NCBI GenBank assembly: GCA_052426225.1
Contig: JBNJNM010000011.1
Location: 1,860,001 to 1,924,000, forward strand
Source of the DNA: Zancudomyces culisetae HAW-14-8
Taxonomy: Eukaryota > Fungi > Kickxellomycota
DNA: 64,000 nt
Direction of reading: 5' to 3'
Every line of letters starts with the position of its first letter. Within the stretch, counting starts at the first letter, position 1. The notes beneath the pieces are model-generated. The model worked only from the letters and a program-made list of their open reading frames with translations, ran no database searches and had not been told where the DNA came from. Made by a program: the position numbers and the translations under genes. Positions 12,029 through 24,922 of the stretch are shown here, one piece after another.

Positions 12029-14071
12029 TTTCTCTTTTTATTTAAGATACAAGCCGAGTTTCTGGATTTGTATGTTAACCCTCTTGGGTTTTCGTAGCCT
12101 TTTTTATTCTCACTTGCTAAATAATAGCACGCTGTTTTTAAGTAAAAATCCTTTTTAGCTAAGAGTACGCCAGTTAATTGAAATAAGTTACAATTCAGAA
12201 TATTTCTAGCTATATTCTTTGTGCCTCTTTTCTAATCCCCTTCTTTTTTGTTGGTTTTATAGTTCGTAATTCGCCTTTCATTTAACTGACTAGAAAAAAT
12301 TATTTTTTCAAGTCGGGACGATAGTTTAAGTACATTAAATGAGGGAAGTGAAAAAAAATATTAGCGCTTTTATCGACCTCTACATTCTTTTTTTCAGTTT
12401 TATGTATCCTTGGCAACCTGTCCTGTTTTGTGTCGGTTTTACTAAAAAAAAATTCAAATTTCTTGGTATTTTCTTTTTTTTTCTTTCTTTTTCCTCAATC
12501 ACTAGTAGTTAGTAGGTTTTTAGCCTATTAAAGCAGATTTAATGACAAATTTCTAATATTATGAATTGTCCCAACACAAATAAACAATACCATAGATTCC
12601 ATTATCACATTAAAATTTGTAAACAATAATCTTTGGACGTGAATCAACAGCATCTCAAGTCTGCAACGCTCTTATTGATACATCAATTTACCTAAAAGTA
12701 ATCAAAACTCAGATGGTACCGCTTTGCACGTATTATTTACAGTGAAAATTGAAGTGTGAGGGAAAGGGGATTACTGAATAAATAAATGCAAATCAACGTT
12801 CCTAGCAAAATCTAAATAACTATCGGATAGGATAGGTGATTATTTGCTTAATTTGTTGATATTTATAAAAATAACATAATATTTTAAATCCCTCTTTTCT
12901 GTTGGCTCTATACCGATTTTGATTTTTTGTTTCTCGTCTAATTATTGACTATTATTTTGATTTTCTAATTCAGGTTGGTTTACTTCCTACCCCAATCAGT
13001 ACTCTTCTTTGCTATTATTTCTTTACCCATTTAAAATTAGTGTAATTTTCAACAACTAGAAGTATTTTCGAGAACCAAGTTTACCAACGAAAAAAAAAAG
13101 AAACTGCTGCATTTGCTTTTCGTCAAACACATGCATTTTTTGTTTCATGAAGTGGGTTGAGAGACACAAAATTTACATCAAGTTAAATATTCTTAATATA
13201 TGTTGACGATAGTACAAACATCTAAGATTGGCTTATGCCAAGCCCACAGAAAAGTATTTTCCACTATACTTCGTGAATTTAGAGACTCTTTCATTTAGAA
13301 ATTAAACAAACATCCGTGGTTATAAACGACTCTTAGCGTGCTTGGCTCGCCGCCATAAAACCGCATTCCCTAATTACCACCATATCGTTGATACTTACTG
13401 TCTTATTTTCTCAACATGGTACCCTCGCGTCTTCAATACATTTTTACTTTGCATCAAAATGTACAATATTTCATTTTTGAACAAATTTTTAGCTTTGTGA
13501 CTGTGCTCATGATGGTTATGACGAGCAATTCGACGTTTTGTAGGGCTTTGATTCTGAGAAAGAGGCATCCTATTTGTATGGAGTCCAAAGACTTGAAAAT
13601 CTTTGATACACAAATATATATAAGTCAACACTCGTAGCTATTTAATACAAATGACATGTTACTCATTAACATACGCATACAGGGAAGGAGTGTAGTAACC
13701 ATTTAAATAAAAGTATTTCTATTACAGTTAATGATAAGTATACCCACCTATTATGTTTCGACAACTATAAGAGTTGATATTGTCATTAAATTTATTTTAT
13801 ACTTTTTTATGAGGGCATATAAACATACCCTGTCACAAAGAAATTGGGAAAAATAAAAACTACAACGGAGCCTCGAGGACTACAAAACGCATTTGTAACT
13901 TAAATAAGAATTAACTAGCAAATATAAAGCAATAACGTAATTATAAATCTCACAATGTATCACTTGTTCGTTTAAACCCATGCAAACTAAATAGTCTGAG
14001 CGTGGGAGAAATATTTTGCGTCATAAGCAAAGGTGCGTGAGTATTCAAGATACATCAGGATTCTTGTCTTT

Positions 14072-15400
14072 TTACAATCGAACACTTTTGTTCTTATCCG
14101 CTACCAACTTGTCTATATTATCTAAGGCACTTTGGATATTGTAGCTTTCAACATTTATTTTTCCAGTTGTTATTGTGTCATTATTGAATAGTATATTTTT
14201 CGTATTAGATACCTCTGTGAGGTTATATTCGACAATCAATTCATTTAAACTATCCCTACTGATTGCGAATTGGGGATTTTCTATTATCTTGTGTACTACT
14301 ATCCCCAGCAATGCATGAATGCGGGTAGATGGGTGTATATTGTCCATAAATCCATAATCATTAGAATCTACACATGAACTGACAAGTTTTCCGAATAAAT
14401 TGAAGATATCGCACCCTGTTCGTGGATATTTAAATAGAAGATTGTCTATTACATCAGTAGTGAATAGTGTCTGAGTCAAGCCATACAGATCAACATAAAC
14501 CATCCAATCAATTTCATCAGGAAATTTGCTATTATATGTATTAACGGTGGCATTTAGTGCGTTGTTGAATGCATCAGTAACTGCGTTTAATTTTCCTGAC
14601 AGCAGTGAAATTATCTCGTTACCCAGTGGATAGCTACTTATTGAGTTGACCAATGGCGTGTGGGCTATACTAGGTATTCCAAACACTAAAAACTTTTTGT
14701 ACCCAAATGTATTGATTTTCTTTAGGGCCATTGTCACATTGGATATATGATCATAGGCCAATTCTTGTATGTCGGCAGTGCCTACTATGATGTTTATTAT
14801 GTTGTTTACTATATTGTTTGATCCAGCTTGAAAAGCAACAATATCGTTTTCCAATGCTCCACTTTTATATTTGTCTGAAAACGCCTCCACATACATGTCT
14901 ACCTGCCTGGGTAGCGTAGGTGATCCCTTTAGAGCCAAAAACCCGTTTTTATCATACCCAACTGTTGTTGCACCTGCGTATGCGTAATCAATGACAGTAT
15001 AGTTGTTAAAGTGTGCGAAATACTCGCACCAAACAGGTCCATTTGAATATCTGCCATACCAATAATCAGGACTGGGTGGTTTTCCTTGGTTCCCGTTATC
15101 TGATAAACTATCACCAAATACAACTAGATAGGGTTGTGTTGAGTTTGAGCGTGTAGCCTGCCTACTTTTTGGTTTAGCCAGTTTTCTTTTTTGAAGTGCT
15201 ATATCTTTTGTTGGCAGTCCAATTTCCTTTTCAAATGATCTATCTTTCAATATGAGACCATCATTTAAAATATTTCTTCCGTTTTTGTTATTGTTATTGT
15301 TATTGTTATTTTCGTATACACGTTTAGTATTATAGCTAGATATAATAGTGCCTAGTGTGTTAGAACAGAGAGCCAGGCATATTATCAGTTTTTGTTTCAT
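14072..15400 (-). CDS. Secreted GDSL/SGNH lipase-acylhydrolase (thermolabile-hemolysin-like family)
   Basis: Signal peptide, block I VFGDSLSDNG, GRYSNGPVW, block II YAYAGAT, block III GSNN and block V DNIHPS. Confidence 0.9.
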   Translation of the reverse strand: MKQKLIICLALCSNTLGTIISSYNTKRVYENNNNNNNNKNGRNILNDGLILKDRSFEKEIGLPTKDIALQKRKLAKPKSRQATRSNSTQPYLVVFGDSLSDNGNQGKPPSPDYWYGRYSNGPVWCEYFAHFNNYTVIDYAYAGATTVGYDKNGFLALKGSPTLPRQVDMYVEAFSDKYKSGALENDIVAFQAGSNNIVNNIINIIVGTADIQELAYDHISNVTMALKKINTFGYKKFLVFGIPSIAHTPLVNSISSYPLGNEIISLLSGKLNAVTDAFNNALNATVNTYNSKFPDEIDWMVYVDLYGLTQTLFTTDVIDNLLFKYPRTGCDIFNLFGKLVSSCVDSNDYGFMDNIHPSTRIHALLGIVVHKIIENPQFAISRDSLNELIVEYNLTEVSNTKNILFNNDTITTGKINVESYNIQSALDNIDKLVADKNKSVRL

Positions 15401-17468
15401 TTTGTGTTATGTTTTCAAATAATATTGTGTTTTGTTGAGTGTAATATCATTTAAAATATGCGATATTTATAATATAGTGGTCGAAGTTCTGAATTGTGGT
15501 TTTATCTTATTGTCTAGTTGTATGTCTGCATTTTCAGCTATCAAGAATATAAATACCAATGCAATCAATATGGGCTGAGTATGGATATGAATGCGAATAT
15601 GAATACAACTATAATTATAGCTGTGGTTGTGGTTGTGGTTGTAGCTGTGGTTACGGCTACGGTTACGGCTAAATTATAACCTGATTTATCCAGATGTGTT
15701 TTGTTAAATTTAACTCTCCAACATTTTAGCTTTCTTTACAAGGAACTTTAAATTAAATCCATTCTTTAGCAAGATGTAGTATATATCTTACAAAGTCATG
15801 GAAAAAAAATATTATATGCTAATAATATCTGAAATACTTGGCTGTTCCCTCCATTTATTAATTTCGAAATGCATATAAAAACTTCAAATCAACCTTTCTT
15901 CCTCTTTTCCAAATTTTTTCAGCTATAGGGTATTCATATTCACCAACTACCCCACTTCCTTGAATCAAGCAATAACTGTCAATTTTGAAATTTTAGCAGT
16001 GGCTAAGTTGAATTTTACTTTTTTTAGCAGCTAATATAATATCCATTCAGAAAAAGTTCCCTAAGGATTAAAAGTGTTTATGTCTTTTCAATTCATAAAA
16101 AGTTTGTTTGGAAATTTAACTTTTTATAATTGAAGACGACACGTCTGTCAATACTTGAATTCAAATAGACCAAACACAACCAGAGGCTAGTCCTTTATTT
16201 TCCCTTCGATTAAAATACAGCAAACTGGTTTAAATGATAAAAACTAAAATTACCCTGGTTAATGGTGTCAACAAAGTATTGAAAGTTTGAAAGGTTGAAA
16301 GATTTTATGTGGGAATATTAAGTTGGTTGCCTATGAATCGTACTAATTAATATGTGAAGTTGATATGAGAACAGCTCTGTGAATAAATAAGCCTCTGTGG
16401 ATGTACATGACTACTAGACCTTTGTGTGAATATTTTAATAATTAACCTTGCCTTCATCTTCAGAATACGCCTTTTGTTAATCCCATATTAAAAAAGGGAA
16501 AGATAACGATGTGATAATGCGCAAGATTAATCCTAGCCTGGCTAACTCTGAAGAAAGAGTCAATACACAATAAAAAAATAACATGATTATTTAGCTCATT
16601 TTCATTCTCTAGGCTCATTGCTTCCGTAGACATTCTCCCAATCTGTAGTGCAAAAATAAGTGCAGCAGGATAAAAAAGTATTGGGCATGCTGTTATGGTT
16701 CGTTGTTTCTCCCTTTTTTTAAGAAAACAAAAAGACATATCTAAATATCAGGAAAAAAAACTCTATCAACTCAGTTGTCTGATACAAACATATTTGGAGC
16801 AGATAAACCTTAATTTTTAATGCTCTAAGTATACGATATGTTTATGTTTGATTACTATGAATACACTATGATATTTATGTATGGGGTTCTTGATATGTGA
16901 ATAAATGAATGATGTTCAGTTTACCTTAAAAATCAGTCTCAGTTTTGACCATTATACTGAATTTTATTCTTAAAGCGTTTATCCCGTTGCTATCAGAGAT
17001 AAAAAGTAAAAGCAATGCAAAACTCCAAAAGGCCTGGTTGCATATGGTTCTAAGTATGGTGAATCGTGTTGCATTAGTAAACTAAATACGTTTGTCAGAA
17101 AAGGGGTGGTGATGTGTTTGATATATAGATCCGATGCTGACAAAGCGATGATATATATTATGATTATAGTATTAATCATCTTCCATCTCTCAACATTAAT
17201 GTCAATTACTCTCTTATACCTGGTGAAAACACTGCTCGTTTTCATGAATGCAAGGTAGTTGAAAGTCGCTTCACAGTAGTCGTATTTCATGTGGATCATT
17301 GATTTTTTGACGACTGTGACATGATTCGTCAGGCGTAAATAGCAATTTCAAATTTTATTTCTGATGTTCCAAAGAGGTAGTAAAAAAATTTTTTTTTTTA
17401 GTTGCGCATTTAAATAGGCTTTTGTGTAAAAAAAAGATATATGTAGAATTAGAACAAACGAGTCAACA

Positions 17469-18763
17469 ATGGTTATAAAGAACAAGCTACCGACGACAGT
17501 AGACACGTCCGACATAAAAAACAAGGCTCAACGGAGTCTAATATATCAACAAGCGAGGGTTCAAAAAGCAAAGGATAAACGAGCAAAGAGGAAGGCATTG
17601 GCAAAGGAAGAGAAGGATGATCCAGAGGCTAAAAAGGTATGTATTTGACTTTTATTGTAGGATCGCATAAACTAAAGATAAATACCTTTGAAAAAGTAAA
17701 TAAACTCGATTTAATACGGAATTCTTTATAAAAATATAGCAACGCTTGGAGAAAAACACTCCTAACACACAAGAAAATACACGAGAATTCGATGAAACAG
17801 TAGTAGACGATGGTGATAAAGAGGTATGTATAAAATAAACCAGATATAGACATTTATTTTAATCGGCTCTCCCTTCAATTTTGCGTAGGTAGAGGAAGAT
17901 GAGGCCGAAGATGAATTTTCAAAGTACTATGATGGAAAGCCTCCAAAGGTGATCATTACAACAACCAACCGAGCAACAAAGGTATACATCATTTTGTCTT
18001 GCTATTTTTTAAATCGGAGTAGGCTATTCTTCGCCTCAAATATTGTGGCTGATCTTTAATGAAAAATAAAAATTTACGAATAGTCATCCTATGAGTTTAT
18101 TAAAGAGTTGACATCGATAATCCCTGACTCTCAGTTTGTAAAGCGAGGAGACAAATTTAACATCAAGGAGATTATGGAGTTTTGTAACAACCGAGAGTAC
18201 ACCGACTTGGTCTTGCTTTCTGAAGATCATCACGAACCAAGTAAGTAAACAATTATCTACACTAAACTCTACATTAAAACACACACTAAAAAAAAGGCCA
18301 TACTGACATCGGAAATCACATTTAATGATATGTAGCACACTTGACGATAGTACACCTACCAGAGGGTCCAACGGCTCATTTCAGGTTGACAAGAATAAAA
18401 GAGGGCAAAAAAATAGAAGGACATGGACGAGCTACTTCACACAAACCCGAGGTAGTACTCAACAATTTTAACTCACGGTTAGGTCACACTGTGGGCAGGA
18501 TGTTTGCAGCACTTTTCCCCCAAATCCCAGAATTTTCTGGACGTCAGGTTGTCACTTTCCATAACCAAAGAGATTTCATATTTTTCAGGAGGCATAGATA
18601 CGAATTTTTAAATGGAAAAAAAGTGAACCTGCAGGAAATTGGACCCAGATTTACCTTACGACTACGATGGATGCAGAAAGGGCTTTATGATCCTAAAAAT
18701 GGGGAATACGCATGGAAGTTTGTACCAGAGATGGAAACGAGTCGCAGAAGATTCTTTTTATGA
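17469..18763 (+). CDS. RPF1: Brix-domain 60S ribosome biogenesis protein Rpf1, 5 exons (17469-17636, 17740-17823, 17889-17981, 18084-18240, 18336-18763)
   Basis: Motifs [65 protein letters not shown] and SRRRFFL. Intron phases are consistent. Confidence 0.93.
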
Positions 18764-19974
18764 TTTTTCACAGTTGTATCATCCATTTTTGTCTATCCTC
18801 CTTTCCCTCTTACAACCATCAAAAGTTGTTGTGAATAGATTTTACTTTTTCCCGTGTTGGTATCTAGATTTTTGGAAACATACAGTATACCGTATACATA
18901 TTTTGTCACTATTTTGAACTTTTCTACAACGTTACATTTACATTTACATTGAGGTCAATTGAAGTGTTTTTTAAACGTGAAAGGCTCTAATCAGACATAC
19001 CAAGTCACAATAAATACAAAGTCAATTTATCTATGAATATATACTTGGTGCGTGTGCCTCTCTATATGTTTGTGGGGAATGCCAGCCAAAACTTTTAAGT
19101 TGCATCCGAGACTTACCGTCACACTATATTATATGGAAACAAAATGTTAATATTCAATCAGGAATAGTATTGTTTTAACGACATCAAATACAAAACTTGG
19201 CAAATTAAGCAATAAAACTGGAGCAACCAGTCAAGAATAACAAAACTGGAAAGGTTTAATAAAACTTATCATCCAGTGCTAATAACAGGTATTATCAACA
19301 CATAAAAAACCGATGTTACTCTTACCAAAAGTAGAATCCATCTACATACTCAACGAGTAGCATACATTTAAAAATACTAATCATTATTGTATTGATGGTA
19401 AACATGAATGCTTTCCCGGAAAAAAGTTTACTATAATATTTATTTCACACAGAACTACTCTTGTGCTAAACTTTTAGAATTTAACATCATATATCAGATA
19501 TTTGAACAAAACAAATAAATCTCGTGCATAGCGGTCAGAAAGTACGATTAATATCAAACATGGCAAACAAAAGAGTGGATATTGGCAAAAGAGTAAAAAA
19601 ATTGGTGTGGGTGGAGAGCGGTAAAAAAATAGGAAAAAAGGGCATTTTTAGACACATACAAAGTATACGATATTGGATGGAAAAGGGGATAGATATCAGC
19701 AGACCCTTGTTATAAAAATATGTTGCCTTGGAGCTCGATAGAAACCATACAGTTATTTGAGACACAACGTCCATGATGCATACTGGGAGCGCATATTGAG
19801 AGCACATATTGCAGATCATACGTGAGAAGGGTATAACATCTGAGGCTACCAGAACAACAGAGATCATTAGACTAACAGACACTTTTTTTTTTTCGTTTTA
19901 TTTGAGATGGTGGCATAAAATATAACCATCTCAAAAGTAAAAACTATATACAAAAATGATAGAAGTGGTTTTTT

Positions 19975-21106
19975 TTATTCAATGAATAGCTTGAACTCTG
20001 GTGGTAACTCACTATCATTGTCGCTATACACTCTATCGCTAAAATACACATTTTTCAGGTATATGTTCGGATGAATCGTGACATTATTTGTTTGTTTGTA
20101 TCCACAGCCATAGAGGGACTGCGTAAACCTTTTTAGATCTAGAACTACGTGGTTCCAACCAGGGGATGAGACTGACAGTGGGATAGTTGATATGTCTTTA
20201 TATATCTTTGGAACACTCTAGTGAAGTAACAAGTTGTATTTTTTTAGGAAAATAATCCCACTTGCTTTTTTCGATAAGTATATTTATTCCTGATAGAATA
20301 TATAGCCACATGAACAAGACTTACGCTAAAGGTAGAAAACCTTAATCGCCTAACTGAACTGTACTCATCAAGTATTGTGACCTCAAAGGAAAAATCAAAA
20401 TCAAGCACTCTTCTCAAGACTAACGTCAGCACTGGCAATTTAACTCCAAGCTGGCTACTTCCTATTGCCTTACCAGGTAAACATATATAGCAATTATTGA
20501 AGTAGTATTTTAATCGCTCCGAACTATCCGAAAAGCCACACTTCTGAGTCCCACTCTCTTGTTTCTGCAACAGCAATATCTCTTCTGAATCCTGTGTATT
20601 CGGTAATAAATAAAGCAACAGCAGCAATACTGGTTGTTTCAGAGTGCTATCCAATATTAGTTTTACTCCACCGGAATACTGCTTGAGTATTTTAATATTT
20701 TCTGCTCTTTCGACGATGGAATTGTCCACCGTTGACAAATCTTTTATTGTCCATATTTGTAGCGGATGTGTTCTATATTTAGAAGATAATACGGCGCAAA
20801 TATATAGTTATCGTAATAAATTCAAAGTGGTGGTTACGTTAAGTGGATGCCTCGTTTAAGAATGAGTTAAATTGAACTTCATTCCATACCCAGCTTTGTT
20901 TGTGAATTGTAAAAAATAAACAAAATTTATCTTTACCCTGTACTATTAAATATCGAAATAAAGTTGCCCTATTTTGTTGTTTAGTGAATTCAGCATTTTC
21001 GATTTTGATTCTGTTCTATGATACTAATCTTTGGAAAGTAGTACATAAATCGTAGAGCATAGTTTGTTTGAATTAGTCAAATTACCTGAAAAGTGTTTGA
21101 TAACAT
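19975..21106 (-). CDS. CFAP20: CFAP20/Bug22 (DUF667) homolog, 4 exons (21106-21086, 20968-20937, 20772-20325, 20217-19975)
   Basis: Spliced product reads MLSNTFQ|GNFISIFNSTG|THPLQIW...LGVKLPVLTLVL..FSFEVTILD..RRLRFSTFS|..PGWNHVVLDL..IHPNIYLKNVYFSDRVYS..ELPPEFKLF. This matches the CFAP20 consensus ([25 protein letters not shown]...VYFSDRLYSEDELPAEFKL). Confidence 0.9.
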
Positions 21107-23315
21107 TTATAAAAGAAGTATATCTGCCCCTATATTCGTGCTCCTATAATATTTTAGGTTCGCTTAATCGTATAACTCAGTTGCCAAAGCGTGGTCCTGT
21201 TTTACTTATGAAAATTCTGATCTGAAACGAGGCTAAAATCATGGGAAAAGTATAAAATAGCATATTTAAACCCTGTCAATACGAAATTGACGAGGAAAAC
21301 TACATATAGACTGCAAAAATATCCGCTTGGTCAAAACAGGCATCAGTAATAGTGCCAATGCTAACCTGTCTTATCCACGAATCATCCCTCTTCATGGATA
21401 CCAGCTAAAAGACTATATTCACACTAAAAGTGCGCTAGCCTAGATTAAGCCTGGGTCTTATGTGCTATGTGAAACGTATAGCCCGCTTAGATCTAAATTT
21501 TAGCACGTACTTGGTACGACCCATATCCAAACCTGGTATCAGTGGTTATTCCGTTTTCCTGTAGAGAGCGGAAATTAATGCCACGCAAAATCTAGAGTTT
21601 CTAAAACAGAATTCTTTCAACGCTTATGGTGATGTAGATTTGGTTATAGGCCAATAACCGTCAGCTAGATCCCATTTCATTCTGGTTGCCCAAACCTTGA
21701 TATATTCTGCATTAAATAGCCAAATAAGCCTCAAACTGATTATAAATATATTGTAGGGGCGTTGGCGTAGATAGGCACAGCTTAATCATAATAATGTGCT
21801 GAACCATTATACAACTTTATGACCAGAATGCTTTTTTTTGAATTACATGTTAATTGGAACAGTTGAGGTAAGCTAAATTTAAAAGCACTTTATAAAAAAA
21901 GTAGTTTCAGGTGAGTGGGGCAGGGGAGGCGGGGGGATTAAGAGCAATCTGAGATATAAGAATACTCAATATTGGAATTTAATAGTATATATTGTTGAGG
22001 TAGACAAGTGTATTACGTGAGGCTAGTCAAAGTATAGAATGCCACACATTTCAATGACTTTTTTATTTTATAGTCATACTCTAAAGAAAATGATATTTCC
22101 TAGTCTAGCCACGACAAACGCTTGAAAATACTTGGTTCCAAGCATCAACCAGAGAAACACCGAAAAACACAAGCTGCACTAATAAATATGCTCAGCTCAA
22201 TCCTCCTCGGTACATTCACTGCAAGCTCAGCCCCAGCTCATACAAATGATGCCTATACTTGTCAATATGACCATAATAGCGATCTTACCAATGCCGAATT
22301 CAGCGGATAAAATATAGTGATGCAGGATTTAACAAATTGGGTCACATTCCCAGAATAAAAGTTTAATTTATACAAGAATGCGAAGCTGGATACTCATATA
22401 TTGAAACACAAGATGTGTCTCAATAAGCGCTATGATATAAGGAGCTTCGCTTCGTTCAGATTCGGGAGAAAACACCGTCATAGGGGAATGATTATGGTTT
22501 GTACAGGAAAAAGGCGCATTAGTGGATAACGATGACTGCCAGGGTTCAAGGGAACTCCAATAAGGACGTAACTAAGGCTCTAGGAGGAAAAGGAAGCTCA
22601 GTTGCATGGATCAAGCTTTTCCAATAAACTTTTTTTTGACTACGCCTTGATAAAGTAATTAAAACAAAGTTTTATTCTGCACTAGTAATAATATTATATT
22701 TAAGCTTGCAGAACCATTACTAGTATTTTATCGCAATGCGGTTCCTGGCAGAAAGCAGGAATATATTGGAATTAACAACAGGATGTTTTCGTTTGACTAT
22801 GTGGTATCAAGTGTCGAAGTTTGCTTTCTGTACAATCTGGCATACTTATTTAGTCATTTTGAAGAGTATAATAATGCGAAACCTATCCCTTTTTTAGAGA
22901 AGTGTACCAACTGGTTTTGGGTTAGGGTTTATAGTGAATGCTTACTAATCCGTTATATTCTAATCTACGTCATCTATTTCAGCACGCAAAAAATTATCAA
23001 AATTCGGAATAAAAAATTGATCCGACATAAAAAGTCTCCAAGTCTGTTTCGAAGGAGGCGGAAAAAAGATGAAAACGAGTACTTTGTCTGTTCTTTACCA
23101 CATGCAATTCTCTTCAAATAAAATTCTAAGCCTTGGAAGATTGAAGAAAAAATAAGCGAGAATACAATTAGTGATTTATTTTGAGTGTAAAATCAACTGG
23201 ATTATGTAAATCTGTACAGCCATTCGCCAATACTTAATTGCTTTTACTGCGGCAAAAGCAAACGTTTCTGGACAGCATAAATTTGCCAGCATAAAATTAG
23301 TAAAGAGATGTGTAA

Positions 23316-23414
23316 AAAAGGGCAAGAAATAAGTATAAAAGGGCAAGAAATAAGTATAAAAGGGCAAGAAATAAGTATAAAAGAGCAAGAAATAAGTATA
23401 AAAGGGCAAGAAAT
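23316..23414. repeat. 21-bp tandem minisatellite (AAAAGGGCAAGAAATAAGTAT) x ~4.7
   Basis: Four full copies (one with G>A) and a partial fifth, about 130 bp upstream of the SDR ATG. Confidence 0.95.
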
Positions 23415-23541
23415 GGGACAAGTCTGATCATAAATTACAATCCAAAAGGTGCACACAAGCAAAATCTTCACTAGCCGAAACCCAAGCCATTACAAGTGAG
23501 CAAACAAAAAGTAAAACAAAAGCAAGAGTATAATATACAGG

Positions 23542-24321
23542 ATGTTTGAGAGAATCAGAAACAAAACCGTAGTAATAACAGGAGCCTCTTCAGGGTTTGG
23601 TAACAGCATAGCCAGAATATTTGTTAAATATGGCGCAAACGTCGTGATCACCGCCAGAAGACTTGATAGACTGGAAGAGCTGAAGGCTGAGCTTCTTGAT
23701 AAACACCCAGAGGCCAAAATACACCCACTCAAGCTCGACGTTACGGATAAAGCTGCAGTTGTCGAAGCATTTAGCAAACTACCAGAATGGGCTTCTGAAC
23801 CCGACGTGCTTATAAACAACGCTGGTGTAGCATTAGGATTTGATCCCGTGTCTGATCTGGTTGAGGAAAATATTACCAAAATGTTTGATACAAACGTCAA
23901 AGGCGTTGTGTTTGTGACACAACAAGTGCTGCCAAGCATGAAAAAGCGAAACGAAGGAGTAATAATTAACATTGGATCACTGTTGGGCATCCATTCTGTT
24001 GGAAATCTGAGTATCTACTCCGCTACCAAACATGCCCTACGAGCAATTACTGATTCACTGAGAATCGAAACCAACTCTACCAAGATTAGAGTTGTTGAGG
24101 TGGATCCTGGTATGGCTGAGACAGAGTTCAACTTGGTTAGAACTGGACATGATGAAGAACTTTCAAAAAATATGTACAATGGAGTCGATTTGATGACACC
24201 AGAGGACGTGGCTGAGGTTACTTTGTTTGCGGCAAGTAGACATCCAAGATGCGTAATATCACAAGTATCGATTGCACCACAAGCTCAGGCCAATCCGTTT
24301 ATTCTCAGAAGAAATGCATAA
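23542..24321 (+). CDS. NADP-dependent short-chain dehydrogenase (YdfG/YMR226C-like 3-hydroxy acid dehydrogenase)
   Basis: TGASSGFG, TARR, NNAGVALG, catalytic YSATK, VDPGMAETEF and TPEDVAE. Confidence 0.88.
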   Translation: MFERIRNKTVVITGASSGFGNSIARIFVKYGANVVITARRLDRLEELKAELLDKHPEAKIHPLKLDVTDKAAVVEAFSKLPEWASEPDVLINNAGVALGFDPVSDLVEENITKMFDTNVKGVVFVTQQVLPSMKKRNEGVIINIGSLLGIHSVGNLSIYSATKHALRAITDSLRIETNSTKIRVVEVDPGMAETEFNLVRTGHDEELSKNMYNGVDLMTPEDVAEVTLFAASRHPRCVISQVSIAPQAQANPFILRRNA

Positions 24322-24922
24322 AGTATAGGTATTCTCTTTTGAATGTATTGTTCTTTTACTAGTGGATTTTTGTATAGTGTGCATTTAGGGTGTACCCAGT
24401 AATCGGGTGGTTTTCAGACTTTGTGTTTAAATAGTATACGCTTTTTTATAGACAAATAAACGTATGTTGGTCATTTTGAATCACTTTTTGATGCGATGAT
24501 GGGCACATATTTGTGTCAAATGATTATGATTCCTTTTTGCTATGATCTTGCTATGGTCAGGGAGAGGATATTGTTCTGTTTATGCTACATCTCAATAAAT
24601 CAGCAAAATCGTATTCTGGTTTGACCAGTTTCCACGAGAGGAATCAAGGTCTAGATTATATTAAGTTAAAAAGTCAAAGGCAGAGGTCAAATCGCTGAGC
24701 GAAGAATGGGGTGGGGGGAAGGGCGAATTAGGCGATCCCGCCCTTTTTTTCGTTGGCCTGGGTTTTGAAACAGAAATAAATTGGGAATCAGAACCAGTCA
24801 TATCAAACCCTTAATCAAAATATATCTAGATGCTCAACCGGGAGTTATCAAAGTACTTTAAACTCTTCCAAATATAAATAACTATTCAAGCTACTAGGCT
24901 ACGAGAAGGTATTAAAACGAAA

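Noticed and set aside
16460-17330. Minus-strand ORFs and splice-like signals divergent from RPF1
   Set aside because: No phase-consistent exon chain gave a recognisable protein.
19770-19845. C/D snoRNA-like arrangement (ATGATG...CTGA)
   Set aside because: The C box is imperfect and no target could be identified.
23176-23471. ORFs with heptapeptide repeats (FLPFYTY / CPFILIS)
   Set aside because: They are translations of the 21-bp minisatellite, with no other coding evidence.
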